From: an uncultured Planctomycetia bacterium
GTDB taxonomy: Bacteria > Omnitrophota > Gorgyraeia > CAYWPX01
Direction of reading: 5' to 3'
Assembly: GCA_964460615.1 (NCBI GenBank)
Contig: CAYWPX010000002.1
Location: forward strand, 135,220 to 199,219
DNA: 64,000 nucleotides
Shown here: piece by piece, positions 28,901 to 38,139 of the stretch
How the letters are laid out: each line of letters opens with the position of its first letter
How positions within the stretch are numbered: position 1 is the first letter of the stretch
Made by a program: the position numbers and the translations under genes
Notes under the pieces: generated by a model
The model's database searches: none
What the model saw: only the letters and a program-made list of their open reading frames with translations
Told to the model about the DNA's origin: nothing

Positions 28901-29315
28901 TATTGGGCGATGATATAATTAAAATGCCATCATTCTTCAAAAGACGCTTAACTTCTTTTAGAAAGCCTTCTTGTGCCATAGCATCTAGATGCTCAATAGT
29001 TTCAAAAGAAACCACAACATCAAATCTATTATTTCCCTCTATAGGGATATCATCGGCCGATCCATGAAGAAATGATATATTTTTCTTTTGATAACGCTGT
29101 TTGGCCAGATCAATAGTTGCCTCAGAAATATCAACCCCCACTACAACCTCGGCAGTTTCTCCCAAAAGATTAACACCGTATCCCTCTCCACAGGCAATAT
29201 CAAGGACTTTTTTTCCTTTAACAAATTGTGTAGCATAAAAATAGCGATGCCAATGTTCATAGCTGATCTGGGCAGAATTCAAACTGCTGATATACCGTTC
29301 TCCAGTAAATTCCAC
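25953..29315 (-). CDS. 1120-aa multidomain glycan biosynthesis protein. N-terminal SAM-methyltransferase, about 160-aa coiled coil, GT2 glycosyltransferase, then a C-terminal GT4 (GT-B) glycosyltransferase.
   Basis: MT domain: [16 protein letters not shown]...[11 protein letters not shown]...GILIISSPN. Coiled coil: heptad-rich [21 protein letters not shown]...[29 protein letters not shown]...[14 protein letters not shown]. GT2: [25 protein letters not shown]...[11 protein letters not shown]...[10 protein letters not shown]. GT4: NIVGSNPP...[33 protein letters not shown]. The ORF is uninterrupted. Confidence 0.7.
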   Translation of the reverse strand: [1120 protein letters not shown]

Positions 29316-29467
29316 TTTTTACCCTTCGTTATTCTAATAATCTAAGTTAACTATAAAGCTATTTGCCTTAAAGCTTTAAAATAAACCTTGCTTAAAAACA
29401 CTATGTTGTTATATCATTATTTGCAGTATAAAAAACATAACCGATCAGATGCAATTAAACCTACAAA

Positions 29468-30280
29468 ATGAGCCCAAACGGACTTTCAATAATAATTGTA
29501 ACATATAACTCTGATAAATTCATTACAGATTGCCTTAACAATCTAAAGGCTGATAGTTTTACTGCTGAGTCAGAGATTTTGGTAATAGACAATAATTCCA
29601 TTGACAACACTTCCCACATCTTAAAAAATTACCGAGGCAGAATAACAAAGATCTTTAATCCAAAAAATATCGGATACGGAGGGGCTTGCAATCAGGCCTT
29701 TAAAGAAAGCTGTTCGCCATATATATTATTTATGAATCCCGATGCCTTCCCTGATAAAGATGTGGTAAAAAACCTTGTGGAGTACATGAAAATCAATCCT
29801 GATGTGGGCTCAGCTTCCAGCTGTTTGCTTAACCCTGACAATACAATACAATACTCCTGCAGGGAATTTCCAAAACCAAAGTATATTTTTGCAAGAATTC
29901 TCAATATATTATTCAAAAAACTGAGCATTAGACAAATTAATTCGTATTTAATGGCAAACATAAATCATTCAATTGATACGATCGTCCCCTGGGTTACCGG
30001 GGCATTCATGCTCGTAAGAAGAAGCGCCTTTAGCGAAATAGGAGGTTTTGACGAAAAATACTTTCTTTATTGCGAAGACGCTGACCTTTGTCTGAAGCTT
30101 TACAGTAAAGGATGGAAGACTGCTTATGTCCCTACAGCTGGTAATGTACTTCATGTCCATCAAAGTTTAAGCAGAAAGCCGCTTCTTTCACCGAAAAATA
30201 TCAAGTACTCAATAATCCATGTTAAAAGCTTGTTGCGATTTTTTATTAAACATTTTAAATTTTTAAATTCTCTTAAATAA
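29468..30280 (+). CDS. Glycosyltransferase family 2.
   Basis: LSIIIVTYNSDKFITDCLNNL...ILVIDNNSIDNT...CEDADLCLKL. Confidence 0.75.
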   Translation: MSPNGLSIIIVTYNSDKFITDCLNNLKADSFTAESEILVIDNNSIDNTSHILKNYRGRITKIFNPKNIGYGGACNQAFKESCSPYILFMNPDAFPDKDVVKNLVEYMKINPDVGSASSCLLNPDNTIQYSCREFPKPKYIFARILNILFKKLSIRQINSYLMANINHSIDTIVPWVTGAFMLVRRSAFSEIGGFDEKYFLYCEDADLCLKLYSKGWKTAYVPTAGNVLHVHQSLSRKPLLSPKNIKYSIIHVKSLLRFFIKHFKFLNSLK

Positions 30281-30304
30281 TTTTTAAATCCGCCAAAACC
30301 CAGC

Positions 30305-32263
30305 CTATTTCACTAATCCTTGTAATTCCTGGACTTTCTTAATACAAGCTTCTGCGTTATAGTCATCATTAAGAGCGTGGTACGTACTAGCCAGGTTCCT
30401 GAATACATCGGGTCTCTTTGGGTTAAGTGCTATCGCTTCTAAAAATGATCTTTTGGCATTTTCAAACTCTCTGAGTTTGAAATAAGCCACCCCCATATTA
30501 ATATAAGGTTCAACAAACCTCGGGTCGATCTCTATTGACTTTTTATAAAAACCCATCGCTTTCTTATAAGCACCCTTCTCAAAATTTAAATTACCTAAAT
30601 TGTAATTAGCAGTTTTGTTATCAGGAATCATGAGAAGAGCCGAATTAAAATTATACTCCGCTTTATCAAAATCTTTTTTCGACATATAAGCATTGCCAAG
30701 CCCTATATAAGCCTCTGACGTTGGATAGTAAACGATAGAATTATTTAATAAATTTATTGCTTCATCATATTTGCCTTCAGAGATAAGGATCTGTGCCAAA
30801 TTAACATAGGGGCTTGTATAATCTTTCTTTAAACTTATGGCTTTCAAAAATTCTTTTTTTGCATCTTCAATATTGCCTCTTCCCAGATATATAAGGCCTA
30901 GATTATTATGAGGCTCCGGATATGCTGGGGAAAGATCAATAGCTTTTTTAAATAATAATAAAGCATTATCATGATCTCCCAATTTATAATAAATAGCTCC
31001 GAGTTGTAAATGAGGCCTTGCATTCAAAGGTGATTTCTTAATAGTATCTTCTAAAAGGGTAGTTTCAGACTGCCAGAGGATATTTCTATTAAAGGTAAGA
31101 ACACAAAAAATGGATATAATAAGTGCGAGGATCGCATTTGGAAGAAACTCTCTTGGTATTATGTTATATATGAGTACCGGCAAAAATATTGAAAATCCTA
31201 CTAGAGGCAGATAAAGCCTGTGTTCAAATATAACTGTATCGAGAGGAAATATGCTTGAGGTAGGAATAAGTGTAATAAAAAACCACCATACCCCAAAAGC
31301 CATAAGCCGGTTTTTTTTAAACATATAAATCGATGATAAGATTATAAAAAGAATGGTTAAAAAAGAAAAAAAGGTGCGTAATTCAAAAAAAGAATGAGAT
31401 AGTTTAAAAAAATAATCCACATTCTGATTTATAGGAACGAATATAAGCCCGATATATTTAACGACCACGCTCAATTGCGTTAAAAAATAAACCTTTATTG
31501 GAATTGTTTCGCTACCCATCAAAAGAAATTTATTAAATAAACTGTGTAATAAATCAAACTTCCAGATAACGATTAAACCCAGTAAAAATAATAGCGATAA
31601 TATTACAGGAAATTTTTCTTTTATCCTCGAATAACCTTTGTTAAGAAAACTTATTTCTAACAATATGATTACTAAAGGCAGTGTCATCACATCGCCTTTT
31701 GCAAAAAAACCTGTTATAAACACTGCAAAGGATAATAAAAAATAGGCGCGCTTGGATTTTATCCTTCCAAGTAAGTACAAAACAATCGATGATAAATAAA
31801 ATGTGGCTGACAAAATTGTTGCCCTTTGCCAGATATATGTCACCGACTCGGTCTGCACCGGATGTACTAAAAATATCAGGGAGCCAATAAGCGCTATCTG
31901 CCATTTATATGCCGGGTTGACGTTTGCTCTTAACAATAAAAGCATTAACCAGTACACCAAAATAGCATTGATTAAATGGATAATGACGTTAACCAGATGG
32001 TAGCTGAATGGGTTATTTTTGGAGAAATGGTAATTAAGTGCAAATGTATAGAGTGTGATAAATTTTCTCGGGGTGTAATCCCATATATTCTGAACTATTT
32101 TGATATCCTTTAGGACTAAATTTTTTGTAATAAGATCGTGGTCATCCAGCTGGAACGGGGAATTAAGGATGCTGGTATATAGCAAAAAGCCGATAATGAA
32201 AACTAAACATATTGCCACAATATTGCATTTATTTATTGATATGGCGCTATTTTTTTCTAACAT
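30305..32263 (-). CDS. Polytopic membrane protein of the PMT/TMTC-like (GT39/DUF1736-like) type with a C-terminal TPR-repeat domain.
   Basis: N-terminal about 400 aa with about 11 TM segments and a first-loop FQLDDH motif. C-terminal about 250 aa of TPR units (AIYYKLGDHDNALLLFKKAIDLSPAYPEPHNNLGLIY...). Confidence 0.6.
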   Translation of the reverse strand: MLEKNSAISINKCNIVAICLVFIIGFLLYTSILNSPFQLDDHDLITKNLVLKDIKIVQNIWDYTPRKFITLYTFALNYHFSKNNPFSYHLVNVIIHLINAILVYWLMLLLLRANVNPAYKWQIALIGSLIFLVHPVQTESVTYIWQRATILSATFYLSSIVLYLLGRIKSKRAYFLLSFAVFITGFFAKGDVMTLPLVIILLEISFLNKGYSRIKEKFPVILSLLFLLGLIVIWKFDLLHSLFNKFLLMGSETIPIKVYFLTQLSVVVKYIGLIFVPINQNVDYFFKLSHSFFELRTFFSFLTILFIILSSIYMFKKNRLMAFGVWWFFITLIPTSSIFPLDTVIFEHRLYLPLVGFSIFLPVLIYNIIPREFLPNAILALIISIFCVLTFNRNILWQSETTLLEDTIKKSPLNARPHLQLGAIYYKLGDHDNALLLFKKAIDLSPAYPEPHNNLGLIYLGRGNIEDAKKEFLKAISLKKDYTSPYVNLAQILISEGKYDEAINLLNNSIVYYPTSEAYIGLGNAYMSKKDFDKAEYNFNSALLMIPDNKTANYNLGNLNFEKGAYKKAMGFYKKSIEIDPRFVEPYINMGVAYFKLREFENAKRSFLEAIALNPKRPDVFRNLASTYHALNDDYNAEACIKKVQELQGLVK

Positions 32264-33273
32264 ATCCGGGCAATTTCTTTAAAAAAATTCTGTTTATGGC
32301 TATATTTAGTCCGAATAAACCGTCTTTTATTAATCATTTTAAAAAAGTTATCTGCGATAATCATAATCTGGTCAAAAACATAAAACTCAAAAAATAAATA
32401 AAAAATCAGCGCTGCAATAACCCTTACTGTTACAAAAACACATTCTGCAGGGTTAAATTTAAAATCGTAATTTTTTATGAAAAGATACACATTATTTCTA
32501 AAGGAGAGCTTTTTAATAAATCTGTATTGTTTGTTATGTCTATTTTTAAATTCATATAAAATGCGCTCCTTAAAATTATAAAAGTTGCCCTTGTTCTCAT
32601 CTATTATAAAACCCCTGAAAAATCTCTGATGGAAAACTACCGCCTCCGGGGCATAAACGGCCTTCCATCCTGCCCTATTAGCCCGCCAAGAAAGGTCAAC
32701 GTCTTCTTTGTAGGCAAAAAAATCCTCATCAAAATACTCCTCTTCAATTTTAACCGATTCCAGCATTTTTCTTTTATAAAGAGCGCAAGCGCCTGTAGCC
32801 CCGAAAACAACCTCCCTCTTGTTATACTGGCCTAAATCTTTATTGCCCTCTCCGCGGTTTTTAAAAATAATATCAGAACTATTCTCTATCCCGGCAGAGT
32901 CGATCGTATTGCTTTCCCTCACTATTTTTGGGGTAACTGTTCCAAAATCAATAGATTCGTTTACAGTCGTAGCAAGGACAGATATTGTATCTTCACCCAA
33001 AAAACAGTCCGGATTAAGCGACAATATCATATCCCCTTTTGCAATGGAGATCCCCTGATTCATCGCTTTTGAGAAACCTGCATTTTTACTGTTTAAAACG
33101 ATCCTTATACCTTCAAAAGAGTAAAGAATATCCCTTGTTTTGTCGCGGGAATCATTATCTATGACAATTATTTCTTTTTCTGGGTATTTAGAGGAAAAGA
33201 TTTTATTGACACAATTTTTTATGGTCGATTCATTATTGTGGGTTACTATAATGACTGAGATGAGATTGTTCAT
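32257..33273 (-). CDS. Glycosyltransferase family 2.
   Basis: ISVIIVTHNNESTIKNCVNKI...IIVIDNDSRDKT...NPDCFL. Confidence 0.75.
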   Translation of the reverse strand: MNNLISVIIVTHNNESTIKNCVNKIFSSKYPEKEIIVIDNDSRDKTRDILYSFEGIRIVLNSKNAGFSKAMNQGISIAKGDMILSLNPDCFLGEDTISVLATTVNESIDFGTVTPKIVRESNTIDSAGIENSSDIIFKNRGEGNKDLGQYNKREVVFGATGACALYKRKMLESVKIEEEYFDEDFFAYKEDVDLSWRANRAGWKAVYAPEAVVFHQRFFRGFIIDENKGNFYNFKERILYEFKNRHNKQYRFIKKLSFRNNVYLFIKNYDFKFNPAECVFVTVRVIAALIFYLFFEFYVFDQIMIIADNFFKMINKRRFIRTKYSHKQNFFKEIARIC

Positions 33274-33298
33274 AATTATTAAGTCATTTCAGGTTTGG

Positions 33299-34132
33299 TC
33301 AGTACATACTACTTCCGTCGCTGGGAGTCGGATCTGTGTAAGCCTCTTTAGTTATATCATTTGAAGCGCCGACAGCGGAATAAACATTAATATCAAAATC
33401 CTGATCATAGTTAAGGAGTTTAACATGCCCGTCCATGAATAAAGTCATTACCTTAGTAGTGGGAGATTCCCCTCCGTGGAAACTTATTTGAGGGGCAAAT
33501 GACGAAATTGCATCTCTTGCCAAAAAAAGTTTCCCCCATTCAGCTGTAATCGATGAAAGCGGCCTTGGCTTGCTCCCTAGAGGCGAGTAAAGCAATATAT
33601 AGTGGTTGGTTAAATATGATGTCCCATATTGATCAAATGAAAGATGTTTGCTGAGATCGATTATCGATGGCAAGCCGCCAGTTGCTTTATCAGAAGGGCA
33701 CAAAAACACTTGAAGCCCTGGATCAAGCTCTACTTCTAAATCCGGTTTTGAAACATCAATTCCAAAATATGGATTAAGAACTTTATATTTTGCTGGTTTT
33801 CTTATCCCCATCCCGGCTTCAGTACCTCTTTTACCTCCATAACTAAATCTAGTGGCGCATGGAAAAGAGTTTTCGGCTGTACCATATACTGGAAAGCAGT
33901 CATTATGCTCATCCCAATATAAATGCCATGCCACACCAATCTGCCTGAGGTTATTTGCGCAAAAAACTCTTCTACCTTGTTCTCTTATGGCTCCAACTGT
34001 AGGGAATAAAATCGCCGCTAAAATTCCTATTATTGCAACCACAACAAGTAGCTCTATGAGAGTAAAACTGTTTTTTTTGGTTAGAAAATAAATAATTTTG
34101 GCAGGATTATTTTGATCCAATCTTTTTTGCAT
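33299..34132 (-). CDS. Prepilin-type N-terminal / H-X9-DG domain protein, paralog 4. The leader ends ...KKNS rather than the usual Gly.
   Basis: [22 protein letters not shown]|[59 protein letters not shown]...[11 protein letters not shown]. It is 78 nt downstream of tRNA-Ala. Confidence 0.75.
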   Translation of the reverse strand: MQKRLDQNNPAKIIYFLTKKNSFTLIELLVVVAIIGILAAILFPTVGAIREQGRRVFCANNLRQIGVAWHLYWDEHNDCFPVYGTAENSFPCATRFSYGGKRGTEAGMGIRKPAKYKVLNPYFGIDVSKPDLEVELDPGLQVFLCPSDKATGGLPSIIDLSKHLSFDQYGTSYLTNHYILLYSPLGSKPRPLSSITAEWGKLFLARDAISSFAPQISFHGGESPTTKVMTLFMDGHVKLLNYDQDFDINVYSAVGASNDITKEAYTDPTPSDGSSMY

Positions 34133-34210
34133 ATTTTTTTGTATGCTGGCGCGATTTTAAATTGGTTGGTTTACTGCTTTGATTAATATCATATTTTCTT
34201 TGAAAGTTTG

Positions 34211-34286
<76 letters not shown>

Positions 34287-34431
34287 GAAATTTTTGCCTT
34301 AAAAAAATTTCATGCTTAAACTAGCGTTAAGCAATCCGACCTAATGGAAGGATTGTAGCTAGTTAAGCGAAAAATTTTCACCTTATCAATATATCACAAA
34401 ACACGCCTCAATTCCACATCTATTCTATAGC

Positions 34432-34779
34432 TTATGGAGAAAATAACGGAATAGGTTTAAGGATATTAAAATAAACGAGTACACCTATCAGTAAACTGTA
34501 AAAAACTATATCAAATATTATGGCAAATTTTTTGGTTTTGGCTTTTTTTTCATTAATAACAGATCTTCCCGCTATAAACATCATAAATACGCCAACTATA
34601 TTGGAAAGCCAATAATAAAATATAAAACTCCACAAAAAATCTGTTTTTGCCAAATGTTTTGTAAAGCTAGCTAAAAAATATGCTATTGGGATATTTATGA
34701 ATGCATCATTCCACCATGTCATCGGGGAAAGCACATACCCGATAACAAAAATTATGGAATTAAGAAGCTTATTTTTCAT
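34432..34779 (-). CDS. Small integral membrane protein (about 4 TM segments), hypothetical.
   Basis: 115 aa, hydrophobic. Overlaps the upstream cupin gene by 11 nt (operon). Confidence 0.4.
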   Translation of the reverse strand: MKNKLLNSIIFVIGYVLSPMTWWNDAFINIPIAYFLASFTKHLAKTDFLWSFIFYYWLSNIVGVFMMFIAGRSVINEKKAKTKKFAIIFDIVFYSLLIGVLVYFNILKPIPLFSP

Positions 34780-35224
34780 ATATAAGGACAGGTTTTACCG
34801 GGGATTCTAATTTATAATACTCTATCCCTACCTCATTATTCTCGCATATCTTTACTTCGGACTCTTCGGATAGCGTTAGAATGCCATGCCAGACCCCTTC
34901 ATCCAGAACAACTGCCTTATCAAGGATAAATGTTTCAACCGCTTCGGGTTTTCCTTTCGGAGCTACACACAAAAGCGCACTTCCGGTTACAGGCTCAAAT
35001 GTCTCTTTTGAATCAGGATGGTTTTCAAGTTTGGGTAAAACCCTATCCCTTACGAGTAGATATGCCGCTCTCCAACCGTCTGATTTTGACCGCGAAATGA
35101 TCCTGAAGAGATTATCGCCGACTTTTTCGCCTTCAAGTTTTTTTTCTAGTATCACCCCGTACTTTTTAAAATTCTCTTCCTTTAAAAATTTAATCTCTGT
35201 GAATACCTCTACTCCTGTGCACAT
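34769..35224 (-). CDS. Cupin-fold protein, ureidoglycolate-lyase (AllA)-like.
   Basis: FKKYGVIL near the N-terminus. ...HPDSKETFEPVTGSALLCVA...GVWHGIL pattern resembles the AllA family. Confidence 0.35.
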   Translation of the reverse strand: MCTGVEVFTEIKFLKEENFKKYGVILEKKLEGEKVGDNLFRIISRSKSDGWRAAYLLVRDRVLPKLENHPDSKETFEPVTGSALLCVAPKGKPEAVETFILDKAVVLDEGVWHGILTLSEESEVKICENNEVGIEYYKLESPVKPVLIYEK

Positions 35225-35276
35225 AAAAACCTCCGGTTTTTAGTTCTTAGCTCATGGCTCATAGGATTTGGTTTTA

Positions 35277-36539
35277 CTATGAGCTATATTTCTCCTTCGA
35301 AATATTAAAATAACCTATCCTTAATTTTGGGATCTCAGTTTTGAGAAGTTCCACAAAATTTGATAGTCCTATTGCGTCCTTTCTGACATCTTTAACAATC
35401 TTAAGGTACAGGTATGGGTCTATATTTAGGTTTCTTAATTGTACCATATCTACGCCTGAATTTTTCAGTAATTTTACAATTCCCCTTACTTCTCTTTTTT
35501 CATCAGTAACACCAGGAAAAGTCAACAGGTTCAGCGATACAAAAAGCCCTTCTTTTTTTGCGACATCGACCGAACTCATCACATCCCTAAAATCAAATCT
35601 CCTTGGCCTGTAGTACGCCTTATGCCTATGGGGGATCATGCTATTAAGGCTTATTCTTACGCTATCCAGACCTGCCATTGCCAGTTTCCGGAGATTTTTA
35701 GGAAGAGAGCCGTTTGTGTTAATATTTATTGTTCCTTTTCCGGTGATTTTCCTTATTTCCATGATTATTTTTTCTATAAGGCCGGATTTTAATAAGGGTT
35801 CGCCCTCACATCCCTGTCCAAAACTTAGTATGGGGTTTCTGACATGGTCTATATGATACATAGCAACCTCTAAAACCTCTTCTACCGTAGGGGTAAAATC
35901 AATCCTGTGCTGGCTTGAGACTATGCCAAAGTCATTCTGATGCGAAATACACCCTATGCATGAGGCATTGCAGGTATCTGACACTACAAGCGCGCATTCG
36001 TTTTTTTCCAGAAACACATTCTTAGCTGTAAAGCAATGGTATTTTGTGGCGCAGTATTTCAGCTGTTTTAGAAGGCGGTTTTTCGGACTTTTTTTCAGTC
36101 TGAAGTCTATCTTCTTAATAAGTACCTTATCATCATAACCGTCAGGGTCCCAGGACCTGGAATCGTCTATCTTTAAGGCTGTAGTGTATAATTTGCCATT
36201 ATTTATACCCATCGCCGAATATGCCCAGAGAGGAAGGTATTTAGCTGTCTCTTTTTTATAAGCAGGTAAATATAACCTCAAGTATCCCGGTGGCAAAAAA
36301 CAAGCCGCCGGATAAAGTTTTTTACCCACAGCAGATCTTTTGATGCAAGAGAACTTGCCATCAATATCCATGGCCACTTGTCTTGCGTCAGGAATATAAA
36401 ATACTTGTGAATACTCCGGCACCGGAATTATCTCTTGATCGGACGGAGTTTTAAATACATTCCCTGACATCCCTGTCATCCGGAAACCTTTAAATTCGAA
36501 AATATCGCCGGATTTATTTGATAGCGCCAGATTTATCAA
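35277..36539 (-). CDS. Radical SAM protein with about 180-aa N-terminal extension of unknown function.
   Basis: CNASCIGC (Cx3Cx2C) about residue 195. Downstream GQGCEGEPLL glycine-rich SAM motif. First gene of a 3-gene operon. Confidence 0.65.
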   Translation of the reverse strand: MINLALSNKSGDIFEFKGFRMTGMSGNVFKTPSDQEIIPVPEYSQVFYIPDARQVAMDIDGKFSCIKRSAVGKKLYPAACFLPPGYLRLYLPAYKKETAKYLPLWAYSAMGINNGKLYTTALKIDDSRSWDPDGYDDKVLIKKIDFRLKKSPKNRLLKQLKYCATKYHCFTAKNVFLEKNECALVVSDTCNASCIGCISHQNDFGIVSSQHRIDFTPTVEEVLEVAMYHIDHVRNPILSFGQGCEGEPLLKSGLIEKIIMEIRKITGKGTININTNGSLPKNLRKLAMAGLDSVRISLNSMIPHRHKAYYRPRRFDFRDVMSSVDVAKKEGLFVSLNLLTFPGVTDEKREVRGIVKLLKNSGVDMVQLRNLNIDPYLYLKIVKDVRKDAIGLSNFVELLKTEIPKLRIGYFNISKEKYSS

Positions 36540-36698
36540 TTTTTGTACATCGCCTTTTGTTCGTCGAGCTTATTTATAAATTTTTTGCTCTTCCTATGAG
36601 CTCTGCCTGGTTACTAAGAGGCAAAGCTATTATATATCTTTTAGGACATTCTATCAATAAATCTTGTCTATATGACAATTTTATTATAAAATTTAGGT

Positions 36699-38093
36699 AT
36701 GAATATTAGACAGATTATCCCGGAAAATTATTGCTCAAGGTGCAATGTCTGTTGCCGTTTTCCGGAGGCTACGAGCGAATTGAGGCCTGTTTTCCTAAAC
36801 AAGGAAATCATTGAAAGAAAATATTTTTTTGTGTTTGACAATGTCAGGCCCTGTAAAATAAACGCCGTCCCTTTTAAGGATATGTACATCTGCCCACATT
36901 TTAACCCCGAGAAAAACACCTGTTCTATCTATAAATTAAGGCCTTTTGACTGCAGGCTCTATCCGTTTATGCTTACTTATAATAAGGACTATACGGCGGT
37001 AGAACTGGTAGCGGATTCAAAATGCCCTTTTGTAGAAAACAAAAACCTTTTAGCGGCGTATGCAAAGGAAATATACGAATATCTCGAGCAGGAAGAAATA
37101 GCCGAAGAACTCAGCAAAAATTTCAGCTTTATAAATAATTATCAGGACGATTGCCAGACCTATTATAAACTTACTAGGTTAACAGATCTGATATTTAACA
37201 ATGCTATTGGATTTAAAAAACTTGCCCTAAGCGACAAAAAGATCTTTGAAAGTTACCTAAAAAAAAGCCTTCGCCAATTGTCGGCTTATTCATTTCAATA
37301 TCTTTATGCCTTTTCCGATACAATCAATACACTTTGGAAGGAAATAGACGGTAGCATATTTATTTTATGCGGCTTAGAAAATGACTATTTCATGCCGGTC
37401 GTCCCTTTCGGAAAAGATCTCGACGACAAGTCTGTTTCCGCTATCAATGAAATATCCGCAAAATTATCCCAAAAATCTTTCTACATAGAAAATGTCTCCA
37501 AAAAAGACTCTGAGATCTTGAAGGCAAATGGTTATAAAATTAAACCCTGTGAAAATGAATACCTTCTTTCAGCGGGTGACATAGCCGCTTACAAAGGCGG
37601 ACGTTTTAAGTCAAAACGCTCGCTTTTTAATCATTTTTCCAAAAATTATAGCTATAAGATAATTGAATTTGACGATTCATTAATACCAGGGTGTCTTGAG
37701 CTATACAGGACGTGGGCTGACAAAAAACTTAAAAAAAATACCGATCCTTTTTATAAAAATCTTATTGAGGACAGCATCCTTATCCAAAAAAAAATCTTTG
37801 AAAATTTCAATCTACTTGGACTTGAAAGTCTTTTTATTGATATAGAGGGTTCTCTTTCGGCATATACGGTCGGGTATCCTCTGAATGAGGAAATTTTTGT
37901 AATATTTTTTGAGGTAACCGATCCAGGATATAAAGGAATATCGGAATTCATAGCAAGCGAATTTGCCAAAAAACTCATAAAATATAAATACCTTAACATT
38001 ATGGGAGATTCCGGGATCGTTAACTTAAGAAAAACCAAATTATCCTATAACCCAGAAGAAATTATTCCGAGTTATTCGGTATGTAAGGTATGA
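36699..38093 (+). CDS. Fusion protein: N-terminal YkgJ-type CxxCxxCC Fe/Zn-binding domain and C-terminal DUF2156 (MprF C-terminal / aminoacyl-tRNA transferase-like) domain.
   Basis: CSRCNVCCRFPE...CPHFNPEKNTCSIYKLRPFDCRLYPF (YkgJ/UPF0153 pattern). C-terminal ...NLRKTKLSYNPEEIIPSY resembles the MprF-C terminal GLRxFKxKFxPxWxPRYL tail. Confidence 0.45.
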   Translation: MNIRQIIPENYCSRCNVCCRFPEATSELRPVFLNKEIIERKYFFVFDNVRPCKINAVPFKDMYICPHFNPEKNTCSIYKLRPFDCRLYPFMLTYNKDYTAVELVADSKCPFVENKNLLAAYAKEIYEYLEQEEIAEELSKNFSFINNYQDDCQTYYKLTRLTDLIFNNAIGFKKLALSDKKIFESYLKKSLRQLSAYSFQYLYAFSDTINTLWKEIDGSIFILCGLENDYFMPVVPFGKDLDDKSVSAINEISAKLSQKSFYIENVSKKDSEILKANGYKIKPCENEYLLSAGDIAAYKGGRFKSKRSLFNHFSKNYSYKIIEFDDSLIPGCLELYRTWADKKLKKNTDPFYKNLIEDSILIQKKIFENFNLLGLESLFIDIEGSLSAYTVGYPLNEEIFVIFFEVTDPGYKGISEFIASEFAKKLIKYKYLNIMGDSGIVNLRKTKLSYNPEEIIPSYSVCKV

Positions 38094-38139
38094 TTTATCG
38101 GGTAAAAAAGCCTTATTATTAAATCAGGAGGTATCAATA

